A DNA stretch of 64,000 bases from positions 1,798,001-1,862,000 of the forward strand of contig JBLDXI010000055.1 in assembly GCA_047495785.1 (NCBI GenBank). The letters run 5' to 3'. Below the pieces are notes generated by a model. That model was not told where the DNA came from. It did no database searches and worked only from the letters and a program-made list of their open reading frames with translations. The position numbers and the translations under genes were made by a program. Below are positions 51,242 to 64,000 of this stretch, in pieces; within the stretch, counting starts at the first letter, position 1, and each line of letters starts with the position of its first letter. Source of the DNA: Lepidodermella squamata. Lineage: Eukaryota; Animalia; Gastrotricha.

Positions 51242-54052
51242 GTGTACAGTCAATCGATCGAAAATTAGTGGGAGAGAGTTTTGCTTTCATTTAAATGTTC
51301 AATGTCAAATGGCAAGTCTAAATATTTAGCCGCTTTCCCTCGTTAGGGCAGCGCGTAAATGTGGGACACTTCACAGTAAATAAAAAAACTCGTATATTTC
51401 TAATAGAAGTATCAGGAAATAACAGAGGAACGCGATCACGATCGACAAGAGGAAATAATAAAAATAGCTGGCTGATAGAACATAACATGAGAAAGAGAGC
51501 CCCGCTTAAATATTTCACTTGAGATTCTGTTTGAAATTTTGGACGTGTTTTTTCAACAAATTCAGTTTACGAAACTTTAACAAACAAAAAATTCAAACAA
51601 GCAGGAAATTAGGCCGTAACTAAAGCGAAAATAAACAAATTGCGTAATTGGTAGTGGTCAATTTTTAGATATTGCACACAAAGGACATTTGGGAAATCTA
51701 GAAGCATTTTAACATGGCGCCATCTTGTGAAAATAGAAATTTTGCAGAGAAAGAATTGATCTAAACTGTTATGGATTTTTGCAGCTTTTATGAGATAACG
51801 TATGTGACGGTACGAAAAGCCATTGCTCACCAAAGCAACCCATAGGCTCACAAATTTAGAGAAAACAATTCCCGTGGGTTATTTTAGATTTGGCAGCAAA
51901 TATAAAATTAGCACAAAATCGCCATCCACCAAGGAGAGTGAAAGGAGCATCTGCGAAGGTAGTTTATTAATAAGCAAACAGTTAGGTAATAATATTACTG
52001 TGACTAATATTAGGTACAGTTTGCATATACACACGGGTACTTACATTTAAACCAAATTTTACAGTACAATTGATTATTTATATTTTTGCACGTATTTTAT
52101 CATTGAAATGACGATGTTGCGCATGAAGGACTGCGGTAGCTGTTTGACAAGTCTCGGACGAACTTGGTAATGGCACCCAATAAGTATTACCCGGTGTCCA
52201 AATGTAAGACAATAGTTTATGATGGCAGATAATTCGGAGGATATTCAACATTTATCGCTCAACCCCAAGAAGTGCCCTATTGATGAAGCTCGATTTATGT
52301 CGCTTTTAGTTGTTATATGTTTCTCCGTAATCTACTGGCCATTTTCAGTTTAATGCCTGCTTTGTTTATATAGTCATCAATTAGCAGGAAAATCAACAAG
52401 GTGTTCCACATTCAACGATATCCTAAGCGATTAATATTGGCTATGTAAAGTCCAGAACGGTGTGAAATATTTAACCAGAAATCGCCTATAAAGTATTTTT
52501 CGAATGGGGGCTGTACCCGACTAGTTGCCATCCTGATCATCCACAAAAGATAAGGTCTGGTTTACTTGCACACCACTCTAATGCTCAATACGTGGCTTTT
52601 TCACTCATTCTACAACGTCTACAAATACCGTAGGTCGTAGCTGAAAATCAGCTGCCATAGGGCTGGTTTTAAATACACGACGATAACTCAAGAGAAAGGG
52701 ATGCGTAAGGATGAGAGGATGGAGTTGAAACCCAATCACTAATTCGATGATATTCTTGGGCAGATTTTTGAGGTGTTTATCACTGATGCTTCAGGAAAAC
52801 AATGATCAGTAGAAAATGACTATATAAATATCTAGGGCCTTAAATCGATCTTCAATCAATCCATTCTGATGATATTGACAAAATCGACCAGGTAGGCAGG
52901 TAGGAGCGTGGCTTTCGAGGACCCCAGCTCCCAGCTCTATATCGTATCAAGTAGCGCAGGAAACTGAGGCTGGTGGATGGATGGATGTTAGACCCTAGAC
53001 CCTGACACAAATTCTGGTGATTTAACAGGGCTTGGGGCTTGGGTTGATAAGTTAAAGACCTGTCAACAATAATTCAGTGTTAGGCGCGGAGTGGCATATC
53101 GAGAGAAGAACCTGTCACCGAAGATGGAAATCGACACTGCAGAATAAAAAATAAATTATAAAATAGAGCCTAGATCGATTTGGACACAAGCTCGACAACG
53201 ATGCGGCCTTCTGCCTCCAATACCTTCTACCTTCGCGACTTGCGACAAGCAAAGAGGTCGAGCTGCCAAGCACTTTTGGCTCGCTGCTATGCCCGCACTC
53301 GTATACAATAGCGCTAATATTTGACAGAAAAAAATTGTGATATAATTGCTCGATGAGATGTAACATTTTACAGCTGTTTCACAATAAACATTCACTTTTG
53401 GCGCGTATTTTTTTGCCGGGTTACCGCGTCTCTCCTGCAGTGCTAATCCTGCTTTTGATTTATGCGATCTTTGTGGTTTGAATGTGTGACGTGGGCGATG
53501 TGAATGAGGATGGCTGCTTTCAAGTTGTATGTGCACTTGCGTGTATTTTCTTTTGTTTTTTTGAATGTGTGCCAAATGACCTAATCTTAATCAGCATGCT
53601 CTTTTCGCCCTTCTCAGGATCAGGATAAGGAATGACGATTTCTCCTCGCCCTGGCTTACGCTTACGCTCTAGGAAAGTTTGATCTGGTTTACCAACTACT
53701 TAATGAAATCCCTACCCCTGGTACTCCAGTTATTGCTGCCTGTTTCTCCAGGGACCAGGCATTAATACCTAGGTGGCCTCTCGAAAGGAAGTCAACCTCC
53801 TGGCAAGGATGAAGGCTTTTTGCTGCTTGTTGAGACAATCAACATTTTTAAGACGATATTAATGTTTAAAATTATCATGTTACCGTCTTTGCTATGACAC
53901 CCGATCTGCACCTTCTTGATTGTTTGCGCGATAATTAATCGTTTACCATCAATCCCCACCAAAGAAACATAATTTTTAATGCATAAGTTTTTGGACGAAC
54001 ACGTTGAAATTTATGTGTACTATATATTTACTCCATATTATTGAATTCAGCG

Positions 54053-57000
54053 ATGCTGAAACTTGAGGGATACACGTTTCCTAAATCAATATATTTCTCG
54101 CCTATTCGTATGTTTGTATTTATAGTCATTTATAATACTGCTCTCCAGGAATGAAGAAATTGGACACAGAAATAGGTTAATTGCGCTGATTATTTGCTTC
54201 ATCAACTGTTCACGTCCTTATCTTTTCCAGCCAGAAAGTTGGATCGATCTAAACAAGGAATCAAAAAGCTGCCTAAAGACATCGAAAATGTCGAAGTCAT
54301 CTGGGAAGTCAACGTTGATGATAACGAGTTCACTAGACTCGAAGGTTTCGATCAGTTCAAGAGCTTGAAGAAGGTGATATTAGTATTTCCCAATCCTACC
54401 TATAAATTACAGTTTTGAACGCAATGATAGCTTTCAGCTCGTCGCAACAGCCTAGTCAAAGTAATTGGATTAAGTCGCCTCAGTGATTTAGTCGAGCTGG
54501 ATTTATCTGAAAACTCAATTCAGTCTGTTGAAAGTAAGAAGTTTGTGTATTAAAGCATTTCAGATAGTAATATTCGTGAATTAATATTCACAGATTTGAA
54601 GAGTTTAAGGCTACTTGAAAGGCTCAATCTTTCGGGGAATGATATAAAGGTTTGTGAATTATTAATTTATTACACAGTTTCGATTCCTTTATTTATTCCA
54701 GACGTTTTCTCTACTTAATTCGAACACAAAGTTGCGTTATTTGGATCTCTCAGATAACAGTGTTACTTGCCTGTCTGACATCTCGAGTCTCACGGAGCTT
54801 CAGGTAGTTCTCTGCCTGTTCAATTCATAACTTTCCCTCTTCATTTTACTGATTTTATTTAGATTTTGGACCTCTCTAGAAACGTTATTACATCAATCAC
54901 CTCGGCGAGCCATTGCCTTCCAACCTCTCTCGTCTCCCTCAATTTGGCGGAAAACGAAATTGCTGATCTTTGTGAGGTAAATGGTTAAGCGTACGATATT
55001 ATAAATGCATGCATCTCATGTGGAATACGTTTATTTGCTGATACTGTAAGCTTTAACCCGCTGTATGTTCCCCAGGGGAACATGGTTTTCGGATCTATTT
55101 CTTGCTCTGCAGAAGTTTCCAAGTTCTCGGACTGTGCTAATTTCAAATAGAGCACAATCCCAGCTTTCTACTGAAGTATGGCTTGGCATGTGGCCTCTAC
55201 TGTTACGTAAGCAGGGTGGGATTCCCATCTTCGAAAATTGATACCGATTCGATCAATCGGAGATGGCGTAATTACGTCAAAATAAGACTCATGACCCCCA
55301 TATTTTGACGGATTTTTTGCAGATGTCATTACGGCCCACATTTGGCCGATTGATTCAGGCAATCGGAAACAAATTGAAAATGGTATTCTTGTCAAATATT
55401 AGACGATTTTTTCCAGTACTCCAGTGCTTATTATAAGTGTATTAGTGAGATAATATTAATATAGAGAAATGTAAAGGGTATGACGTAATACCCTTCTTCG
55501 GGGAACTTGGAAAAATTCCCGGGAGCTTGGAATATACCTTATATTTTAGCGTAGATTCCGAAAATCGCATCCATTTTTGAGTCAGGATGCGGGATCATGG
55601 TCTGGGCAGTATTAAAACCATACAATATCATCTCTTCGTCGAATTAATTCTCGTGTTGTTCTAGTTCTAATTTCAGTCTGAATACTATTACACGAAAACC
55701 CAGCAGGAAAAATCTATCAAAAAATTGTATATTTTATAGATATCCTGCCTCCATTTCTTGACTGAACTCGAATACTTGGGCTTTGCTCATAACACGTGCG
55801 TCACGAACATAGCGTGCGATTTTCGACCTTATGCTGTCAACTGGTGCTATAAGCTGAAAATTTTGGATGGAATACCAATATCACAGCAAGAGCGGTTTGT
55901 AGCGATGAGCTAATTTGAAGATTTACCTAAAGCATGTATGGCTCGTAGATTGAAAGCTGAGTGGCTGTTTAGCCAGGGATATGGCAGAAGATTCAACCTT
56001 GGCCAGCATGTGCAGCTAGTTGAGTATTTGTCTAGCATTTGTCCCTTGGTTCGTCCGCGATCAAACGGCCATACAGACAATGTGCGCATGGCCTGGAGCA
56101 GCCGAGATTTCCAGCAAGGTGCCTTGAGACCGCAGGTCAAGCCTCAAAACGACATGATAGTCGAAGAAGTCAACTACGTTCGAGGTATGTTCAACTCCAA
56201 AAGTTGCTTGCTCTATTATATTTTCTCCAATGCAGAATCTGGTGAATCAAACAGCAGGCTTCAGTCTGATTCGGTTTTTATTCCTGTGGCGCAATCTGCA
56301 GATGATCATTGTCAAGAAGCAGAAGACGTCAAAATCATTGAGAATATTCAACAGAGGTGGGTATTGAGTTGGTTTTTATTGGATTGGGCTAAATATATTG
56401 TCTCCTTAGGTTAGCTGCTGCAAGCGCAAATCGTCCACTGACTGCCCCCTCCGGCGGACGAGCCATCCCTGATAATTCTCAGCAAAATGACGCAGTATCG
56501 GAGCCGACTCATCAAGTTCCATCGAACGACGCTGTTTACATCACTAGCCCGGTTCGCAGTTCAGACAGACCTAGAACGTCTCCTGCGAGTGCTTCTTCCG
56601 TAAACAAGTACGAGGAATACGAGAGCCGCCCTTGCCGTCCAATGAGCAAAGTTTGTGAGCTTGCACTAAGCTTTGTTCTTTAATTTAATTCAACGAATTC
56701 ATTCCATTAGGAGCTCATGAAAGAGTTGTTTAATGAGGAAGCAGCTCAAAAGCAGCAGAATTCTTCCAAGGCAAATCGGCCTTTAGCCAGTGGCCGTCCG
56801 TCGACCTCAGCTGCTAGTCTGGGTATTATTCCTGAGAAAACGAGTGATATTCCGCGACGAGATGTGATCGGCAATGATAATCAGAAAATTACCAATCAGA
56901 GTAACCACCGCGTTCGTGTTCGGCGGGGGCGCGCTGCTATCACTAATTCAACCGCGACAAAGTCGATTGAATCGGCATCAGTGCAAAGTGAAATTTATGA

Positions 57001-57881
57001 TCGCGTAACGCTCACCCCAGAGATGCCATCAAGGTCAGATCAAAAAGCAGTAGCAGCAACAAGGATTCAGGCGGTATGGCGAGGTTACTCGACAAGGAAA
57101 GCTTTGCAGCCTGATCTTCGGACGTTGGCTTTCAAGAGGTACGGAAATCTTATTGCGTCGCTGATGGAAATGCGACGAGCTGATCAGAATCATATTCAGC
57201 GGCTAGAGGAGGCTCTTGCCGAGCGAGATCGGCAGGAGAGAAAGTAATTTCTTCGTCTATTATTGCACAGAAAAATTTATCATGCTAATTTGTAGGGCGC
57301 GTCGTTTACAGACAGCAGCCATTAAGCAATTATGGGAGCAGGTACAATCAATGAAACAACAGCTTGCTGCGCTAACGGGTACCGAAATGGGAAAAATTCC
57401 AGTCCTGCAGTCTAATACGACTTCACAGTCTCATGCTGACGAAAATGTATCTGCCGTTCCAGTGATGGACGTTCCTGCGTCATCCGTCGTTAGTGACTCA
57501 GTTCGAGCTGATGGCTCTTTTTCCCCACAGACGCTACAAACTAGTCCGTCTCGACGAGGTTTACAAACTGCTGATTTCGGAAACACGCGCCGAAGTCCTT
57601 ATGCGGTAAAACCCCTGAGAGCGGCTGTAGTTAATGGATCTTCATTGACACCTACCAAATCTCCAATGACAGCAGATGAACTGGGCAGAGCTGCTGCCAT
57701 GTCCCCTTTAGCCACGCCTCCTAGATCTCGTCCGGCTGTTATAGGAGTTACAAATGGCAATGGGGGCGAAAATCGCCGGATGGCCTTTGCTGCAAAGTTT
57801 TCATATCTTCCGGAATCATATCGCTCCACTAGTAATAATGAGCTTGCCGCGGCTGAGAGTAATAGCGAGGAAAGTTGCTAG
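54053..57881 (+). CDS. CEP97: Centrosomal protein 97 (LRR repeats and IQ motif)
   Basis: LRR exons ([32 protein letters not shown]), [21 protein letters not shown]97-type [31 protein letters not shown], and IQ motif [16 protein letters not shown]. The start could instead be the ATG at 54151. Confidence 0.92.
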
Positions 57882-59318
57882 TGCTCGCTTTCTTATGACT
57901 TTCTTCTCACACTGTTTCTTTCATCGGACTGAATGGCTTATTATTCATATTTACATTTATTCATGCAAAATGTTCACAAATTTTCACTGTATCCAAATAG
58001 CACTGGTTTGTTAAGAATTTATTACATTTTATGCAGATTCCATCAAATATTCTCACCGTAATAATTACGGAATGCTTGCCATCTTGAATCGTGAATCGTG
58101 AGATATCGTGAGTTGAATCGTGGATATAATAAGCTTGATATTATCTTCCTGTTACAATGATCAAAATGTTACCTTTTAATTGCTCATTTCCGACAAAAAC
58201 GAGTATGGCTGTTGAAATACTTGATTTTATGGAGCAGTTTAAATGTATTGTAATGACATTGTTCGCCGTTTGACAGCATGGACATTCGAACAGCCATTTG
58301 TATTGTCCTTAGTTGTTTATGGCCTATGCTGGAGATGATGCTTGGACGTGCTTTTTTCTAATCCAGCAGCATTTTTTTTACATCAAAATCAGCTTTCTTC
58401 ACGCCTCTGGATATGATGAATATGGTGATGGGCTAGTGCAAATGAAGAAGCTTTCGAATGATCATGTGCCGAGATCGGCTAAAAATTGTGAATTTTAATT
58501 GTTTTTCTATCGGAATTTGCCATATTCAGATCGGGATTATGAACGATTTAGTGTATTCATGCAACCGTTACCTTTTCCATTATTCTTGTTGCCAGATGCA
58601 ATCCTCTAAATATCAATCCGACGCTTTTCAGAGACAAATAAAATTTCCTTTTTGCGTTGATTTTCGTCTTCGCATAAGTCTTATTGGTATATTATTCCTG
58701 TTGCACGAGCGAATCTGAAATCGATTTATTTTCAGTTTCAATGCAATGCAACAAGCAATGCAGCTTCAATGCTGAATATGCGGCCTAGCCCATAATTTAA
58801 CTTTGGCATATGACTATTAGGTGCCTTGCATTTTTCCTGTCTGTATTGCGGTAAAACCACCGATGAGTAGAACGTGGTCTTGCATTCAAAAGTTGGCAAA
58901 AGATGGTGCAATACTGGTGCAATACTGGTACTTTTTGAAAACCCGGAGTGTCTCAATGTACAAAAAATCATCATTGCACAGGCTGATAGCTTTGCGAAAA
59001 ATAGGCCGGTTTTGCGAACCTGTCGCAATGAGAGTGCAGAGTAAACTGCGTAATGGGCTCGGAAAAACTGGAAAAACTTAGATGAGTACGCTTTTAACCT
59101 TTCGCATTGATAATGCTGGCTGCTTACATCATCTTCAACGTTTGGATTGCTAACAAGACCTCATGAACGGGCATAAACACAGTTCAAAGCCGATCGATAA
59201 TGAGTACCGAAATGTCATCTCGTTGGCCGAGCCAATTGTGGGCGAGGGGCAAATGCGGCTCAAACACTTGAGGGCACATGATAACGGAAATTCTTATGCT
59301 TGGCCTCAACAGCCTATA

Positions 59319-61068
59319 CAGGGTGTTTCAGAACTCGCGCACTATATGAATAGCATGCGGCAAATGCGCGCCTATACAATTATACGCGTATACTATTTTA
59401 CCTATAGATGTACTACACACTACTGTAGTCTGCGTATAAAATATGCGTAATACATAAATGTACAGCATACATAATAGCACTGCCGTAGTTATTTTCTGGC
59501 GGAAACTTTCGAGCCTCGATAAATTTGAGCCGAGTTTCATTAAATATCTTTTTTATTTCGAGGATGATGTCATGTTTTCCTGAAACATGCTGATTGATTG
59601 GACTCTGAAGCGAGAGGTTAAGAAACAATTTCTCAATATCTGTGGCTGGATATTTCAGAAACTGATTATTTCTGAGAAAATTCTGATTTTACTTGATGTT
59701 GAATTTGTCGAAAAATCGTTGGTTAATTAGTCTCCTGCCTTTGCATCAAAATTTCTTTCACGTTGCATGAATACAAGGCCCCGACTGCACAAGTTGATAA
59801 AAAATGACGTAGTTTAAACCACTTGCAAGTGTTCTACATCGAATTACCACTGTCGGCCTTCGGCCTTTGACAGTTGACGGGGAACACCCCGTTTTTTAAG
59901 CGGGGACTCATATCCTCCTTGATGCGTTTTTTAAGTGGGCACTCATATCCTCCTTGACGTACGGACACACGTAACGAAGACGACCCGCGACAACGGGGTG
60001 TTCCCCGTCACAAAGACAAATAATCAAGGTTTGCAGTTCATTACGTCGACCTAACGCAGCAATTCAATTTCGTGGATAACTATTCGATATTTCTACGAAT
60101 TTACTGCCATGCAATCTAGGGCAAAATGATTGACGATAAAGAACAAAAAATCCTTGGCTAGAATTATCGCAATCTTCTGAAAACCCAAGAAATAGTGAAA
60201 AATTGGCGATTTTCAATCTTGAAAGTCCTGCATCTCCAAAGAACCATGGGTAGCAATTGCATTTATTCGTATCGTGAGATAGCTAAGGACCCGGTCTACA
60301 AGGCTGGTTGGTCGCGCAAAAAGTCTATCCACAGGGTTCGTGAGGAATGGCATGTGAAATGTCACAAAATTCGTCGATGAGAGGCTGTTTAAGGTAACGT
60401 CAATGTTTTTGCGTCCATTCTTCTGCAAGTGTTAAACGACATTTTCCCGTGGAAGCGTACAAGCTTTTGCTTTCAAATTTTCTGTTCACAGAAATTTTTA
60501 AACTCAATCAGAGCGTTGCAACATTACCTTTTCTCACGACTTTTCTCAGTTCTTCTTAATTTTTACTGCTCTTTCCAAGAGTGAATGAACGTGAAATCAA
60601 ATTCATGGTATAAAACAACAGCAACGGCGTAAAAATCGAATTATCTGGAATAATTTTCATGATATTGGTATTGAAAACTCGAAATTTATTCATAGCCGCA
60701 TTAAGAACCTGTCCTGTTGGAGGTTTCTTCATTGAGAAATCGGCAAATTTCCAGATATTTTGCAAGAGCACGTCTTGTTATTCCTAGCGATATCCCCATT
60801 ACTGCTCAGCGTTACGGTATATACGAGTTCGATTTGCGCATTTTATAATGCGCTCATGCCGCTTGCACGCCATATGGGAAGTATAACGCCAACTACATAG
60901 CATATACGCATTACACGCATTACTGTTTGCGCTATCCGCACCTTATACTATGCATGAATATAAACATATGTGCGCGGAATGTATGCGCAGCGCGCGCACG
61001 TTTACTCTGGATACCAAGGCAACCATTTGCCGCAGGTTATTCTAGTGCGCAAGTTCTGAAACACCCTG
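59319..61068. mobile_element. Non-autonomous Tc1/mariner-type element, 1.75 kb
   Basis: 26-bp TIR CAGGGTGTTTCAGAACT(C/T)GCGCACTA with one mismatch, and TA duplications at 59317-59318 and 61069-61070. No transposase ORF. Confidence 0.9.
59842..60014 (-). mobile_element. Helentron/HINE-like (DINE-1-type) non-autonomous element nested in the Tc1/mariner element
   Basis: Perfect 19-bp sub-terminal inverted repeats TGACGGGGAACACCCCGTT (59875-59893 and 59992-60010), two tandem ~35-bp core units, a terminal hairpin ACTGTC-GGCC-TTC-GGCC-TTT-GACAGT (59849-59874), and TT-type ends. Confidence 0.75.
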
Positions 61069-63340
61069 TAGAAGGAGCTCAACCGGCACTGAAAAAGGTG
61101 CCATGCGGGCGCACAGGAGAACAAGAAGTGTGAACACTCCGGTGCGAGCTTTCATATGGGTGTAAGGCATGTGGGTGCAACGGCGAGGTCCATTAGTGGC
61201 AACAGGGTAACTATGTGGTGAGGGCCAACTGTGTTGCTGCGAAGCTATAGTGCGCTATTGAGGAAAGAATTATAGTACTATAGTGCGCACAAAAATAGGC
61301 GGGCACAAATAAGGTGGTTGGATTGATGAACTAAGGGAATCCGTCCTATTAAGATTTGTCGACACCCGCGCTTTGATTAAAACGACGCGAAGTGACCCAC
61401 ACAGAGGGGAATCGATGATGAACCCGAGTTGCTACCACTTGCTTGACCGATTCCAATATTTTTGTACGTTGAGTGACCATCGATTGATTCAGCAGTTGAA
61501 TCATAGACGAACGACATATCTTAAATGCGAGACCGAGAGACCCACTAGCGGCTTGAAATAGGAAAATATGACTCAGGACTAAACAAATATTGGACAGAGA
61601 CAAAAACATGTATACGAACGGATTATAACGCACCGCGTACGAAAGTGTTGAACAGTTATCGAATGTCTAGGAGACCAAACTTCTCGCAGATGAGGGCAGT
61701 CGCGCGGTAAGCAACCGTGAGTTGACTCAAGTTAGGCTGAATATTTATTTATTTATTTATTTATTCGTTATCGCAAGTGCACTTGTCATGCGTATGCAAT
61801 TAGCCAGCCAGGCGCCTCACTGAGGATAAAAGATATTTCTCTAGGTTACAGTCAACATTAAGATATTGTTTAAAAACATTAAACAAATACGCATGCTGGC
61901 AATGAAGGTGTTGCGTGCCGGGAGCTCGGGCGCACTGAGTACATGACAAAGTTGTCAGCAACCCTTTGCCCTTTGTTAAGGAGCACCCAGGCGAAGTTCG
62001 AGAGGCGTGGTTTTCGCCAGCGTGAAGCTAAATCATCCAATTTCGACACACTTCGTAGGTCACCACTCCGCTTTTTGTCGCGCAGACGGACACACAGATG
62101 ACACGGCAGGTTGCTGTAGGGATTGGATTGGAGATTTCTCTATTACTATTCGTCTAATGTTAAGCTTGCTTTCGAGTGCCTCGCGATTTTCGGCGGTATC
62201 CACAAGGGCAACGTCTTCAGCGAACTGGTCACAGACCTGAGACATTAGCATGCCGTTCTTAAATTGCTTAATTTATATTTATATTATCAGTTATATTTAT
62301 TTTAATTTAGTTATTATACAAAATTAATTTTTCTATTATTTTGTGCAGCGTCCTTCACGTATTTCAGTTTTCAAAATTCAAAATCCAAAATGGCGGCTTG
62401 GCCGTTGCACGCGTCGGCGTCTGCGTCGGTCACCTTGCGCAAGGCAAACACAGTCCCGAATACCGAAGCGTCTCATGTCTCATGTCTTGTTCTGCGTTTT
62501 AAAACTAAAAACTAAAAGCTTATGCCTTTTCGTGACTATCATTACTGTATAGTTCATACTGTGGAGCTTTTCGCGCATAGGCAGCCTCATTTTCTCTTTT
62601 CTCTAGCTCAATCTACTTTCTCAAAGTTAGATGAGTAAGATCTGGTTAGAGAATGAGAGAACGAACAGGATAGTTTTCATCCTACATCAGTATCTGCGTG
62701 AGGCAGAAAAGAATGGGTCTCGGATTCGAACTCGGCATAAACGTGTATAATATTCTTACACTACGTAGTCTTGTATTTACTCTTAACCCTCCGAAAGGAA
62801 TTCCAGATTTGAGTTGCCTCGAATATTAGATATTTTCTTGTTTATTTATTTACTCAGTTATCAGTCACTCTTTATTCGATACGCGATTAAAGCGCGCCTG
62901 TTCAGCCCTGTAAAGAGCTGTTTTTGTAGCGAATTCGGCAAAACGGCTCGTCTACATTTTGTTCCGTAATCAATTAAGGTGGAATGCGACACGTTAAAGC
63001 TGTCTGCTATACTTATTTGTGTCCCATTTGTGTCTGAATAAAGATGCTCATCCTATCAAGAGGCAGAGTGTAGTCGTCAAGTGGTGAACGTAGCTGTTGG
63101 CAAGTTCTGTGTTTGGCATGCCGCCCTGCTCATGCTTGTGCAGCCTCTCCTGACAGACCAAACATACCTCAATAAATTTGAGGATAATTGGTTAAGCGTG
63201 AATGGACAGATATATGGTCATCATCTTTCAGTTTTATCATATCTTATCAGAATTGCCGTATTTTCCTCATTTAATTTATTCACCATTTTGGGATTTTTAT
63301 AGAGGATAATTACAATTTTTATCATAATATTTCGTTGCAA

Positions 63341-63841
63341 ATGTTCCTGCCACTTTCGTTTATCAAAACGCCGGCGATAGAACCTGAAACGGCCAAACGA
63401 TGTCTTTTCGGTTCACCTGATCATGAAGCTCTGCGCGCCTCGCTTGATTCCAGGTTCGACGAACAAGTCCGGATAGCTAGCGAGCGTTGGAATTTCGATT
63501 TCAAGGCGGAAATGCCTTTGCCAGGTGGTTCCTTCAGCTGGGAGACATCGACCGGAAGAACGCCCCCTATCAGCAATTTGAGTCCGTTGCGAAACGTCGA
63601 ACACACTGAAAAACGATCTCCATTTGCCTCGCAGCCTCGTAAATCGCTATCAAAGAAAAAAGCTACCAAACGTCTTTCCTCCGAGCCGCGTTCTCATCAA
63701 ACATACATAAAAGGTTCGATTTTCAGCTTACAAGATGGCACTTTATTATATTTAATGTTTCTTCTTTCAGACTACATGCCGATGAAAAAATCTTGCCTAG
63801 CTGTGTCACCTTCTTCGTCGAAAAAGTCGTCTGTGGCATAA
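63341..63841 (+). CDS. Cip/Kip-family CDK inhibitor (p21/p27/Dacapo-like) with a PIP box
   Basis: CDI domain AKRCLFGSPDHE...ERWNFDFKAEMPLPGGSFSWE. Removing intron 63714-63770 gives a PIP-degron-like QTYIKDYMPMKK. Confidence 0.9.
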   Translation: MFLPLSFIKTPAIEPETAKRCLFGSPDHEALRASLDSRFDEQVRIASERWNFDFKAEMPLPGGSFSWETSTGRTPPISNLSPLRNVEHTEKRSPFASQPRKSLSKKKATKRLSSEPRSHQTYIKGSIFSLQDGTLLYLMFLLSDYMPMKKSCLAVSPSSSKKSSVA

Positions 63842-64000
63842 ATTTATTTTAAAGAGCTGTTAATTGAGTTGTGCTTTACTTTGTTTTGAGAGCGCATCGA
63901 TCGTCTTGTGCATTGACTTGCTCCTTGCCTTGGGGCTGCCTCTGTATATAAAACTGTTATTGTTTGATCCTGTACATTTTTCGACCCTTGTGCTGTGCAT

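Noticed and set aside
62060-62251. QFAEDVALV resembling the FADD motif of a LINE reverse transcriptase
   Set aside because: A single imperfect motif with no flanking RT blocks.
62700-62770. tRNA-like GTTCGAATCC on the minus strand (also GGTTCGAA near 12294 and 18202)
   Set aside because: No cloverleaf can be folded; at most a degenerate SINE B-box.

Overview
This is eukaryotic, not prokaryotic, DNA from a very compact animal genome. Most introns are about 40-60 nt and several intergenic gaps are under 400 nt. The C6orf118-like and CEP97 genes suggest a ciliated invertebrate, but the taxon cannot be determined. I rebuilt 20 spliced genes by hand. Recognisable ones are PPIL4, TRMT2B, a three-finger (Ly6/BAMBI-like) membrane protein, a nephrin/Kirre-like Ig protein, taxilin, UTP11, C6orf118-like, CHORDC1, SEC61G, ARID2, PARN, LARP7, an ARM-TIR protein, TCF25, CRYL1, a ceramide synthase, CEP97 and a Cip/Kip CDK inhibitor; two are orphans. 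Several non-autonomous DNA transposons are present, including a Helentron/HINE-like element nested in a Tc1/mariner-type element. The strongest unexplained signal is an operon-like layout. In three independent head-to-tail gene pairs, AATAAA lies 55-59 nt upstream of a splice-acceptor-like AG just before the next ATG, and most genes have such an acceptor 2-30 nt before the start codon. This suggests polycistronic transcription with spliced-leader trans-splicing. Other highlights are an ARM-TIR protein with a candidate catalytic glutamate and a C-terminal CaaX box, and a LARP7 that appears to have lost its xRRM domain. All family calls rest on recognising motifs by eye; no searches were run.
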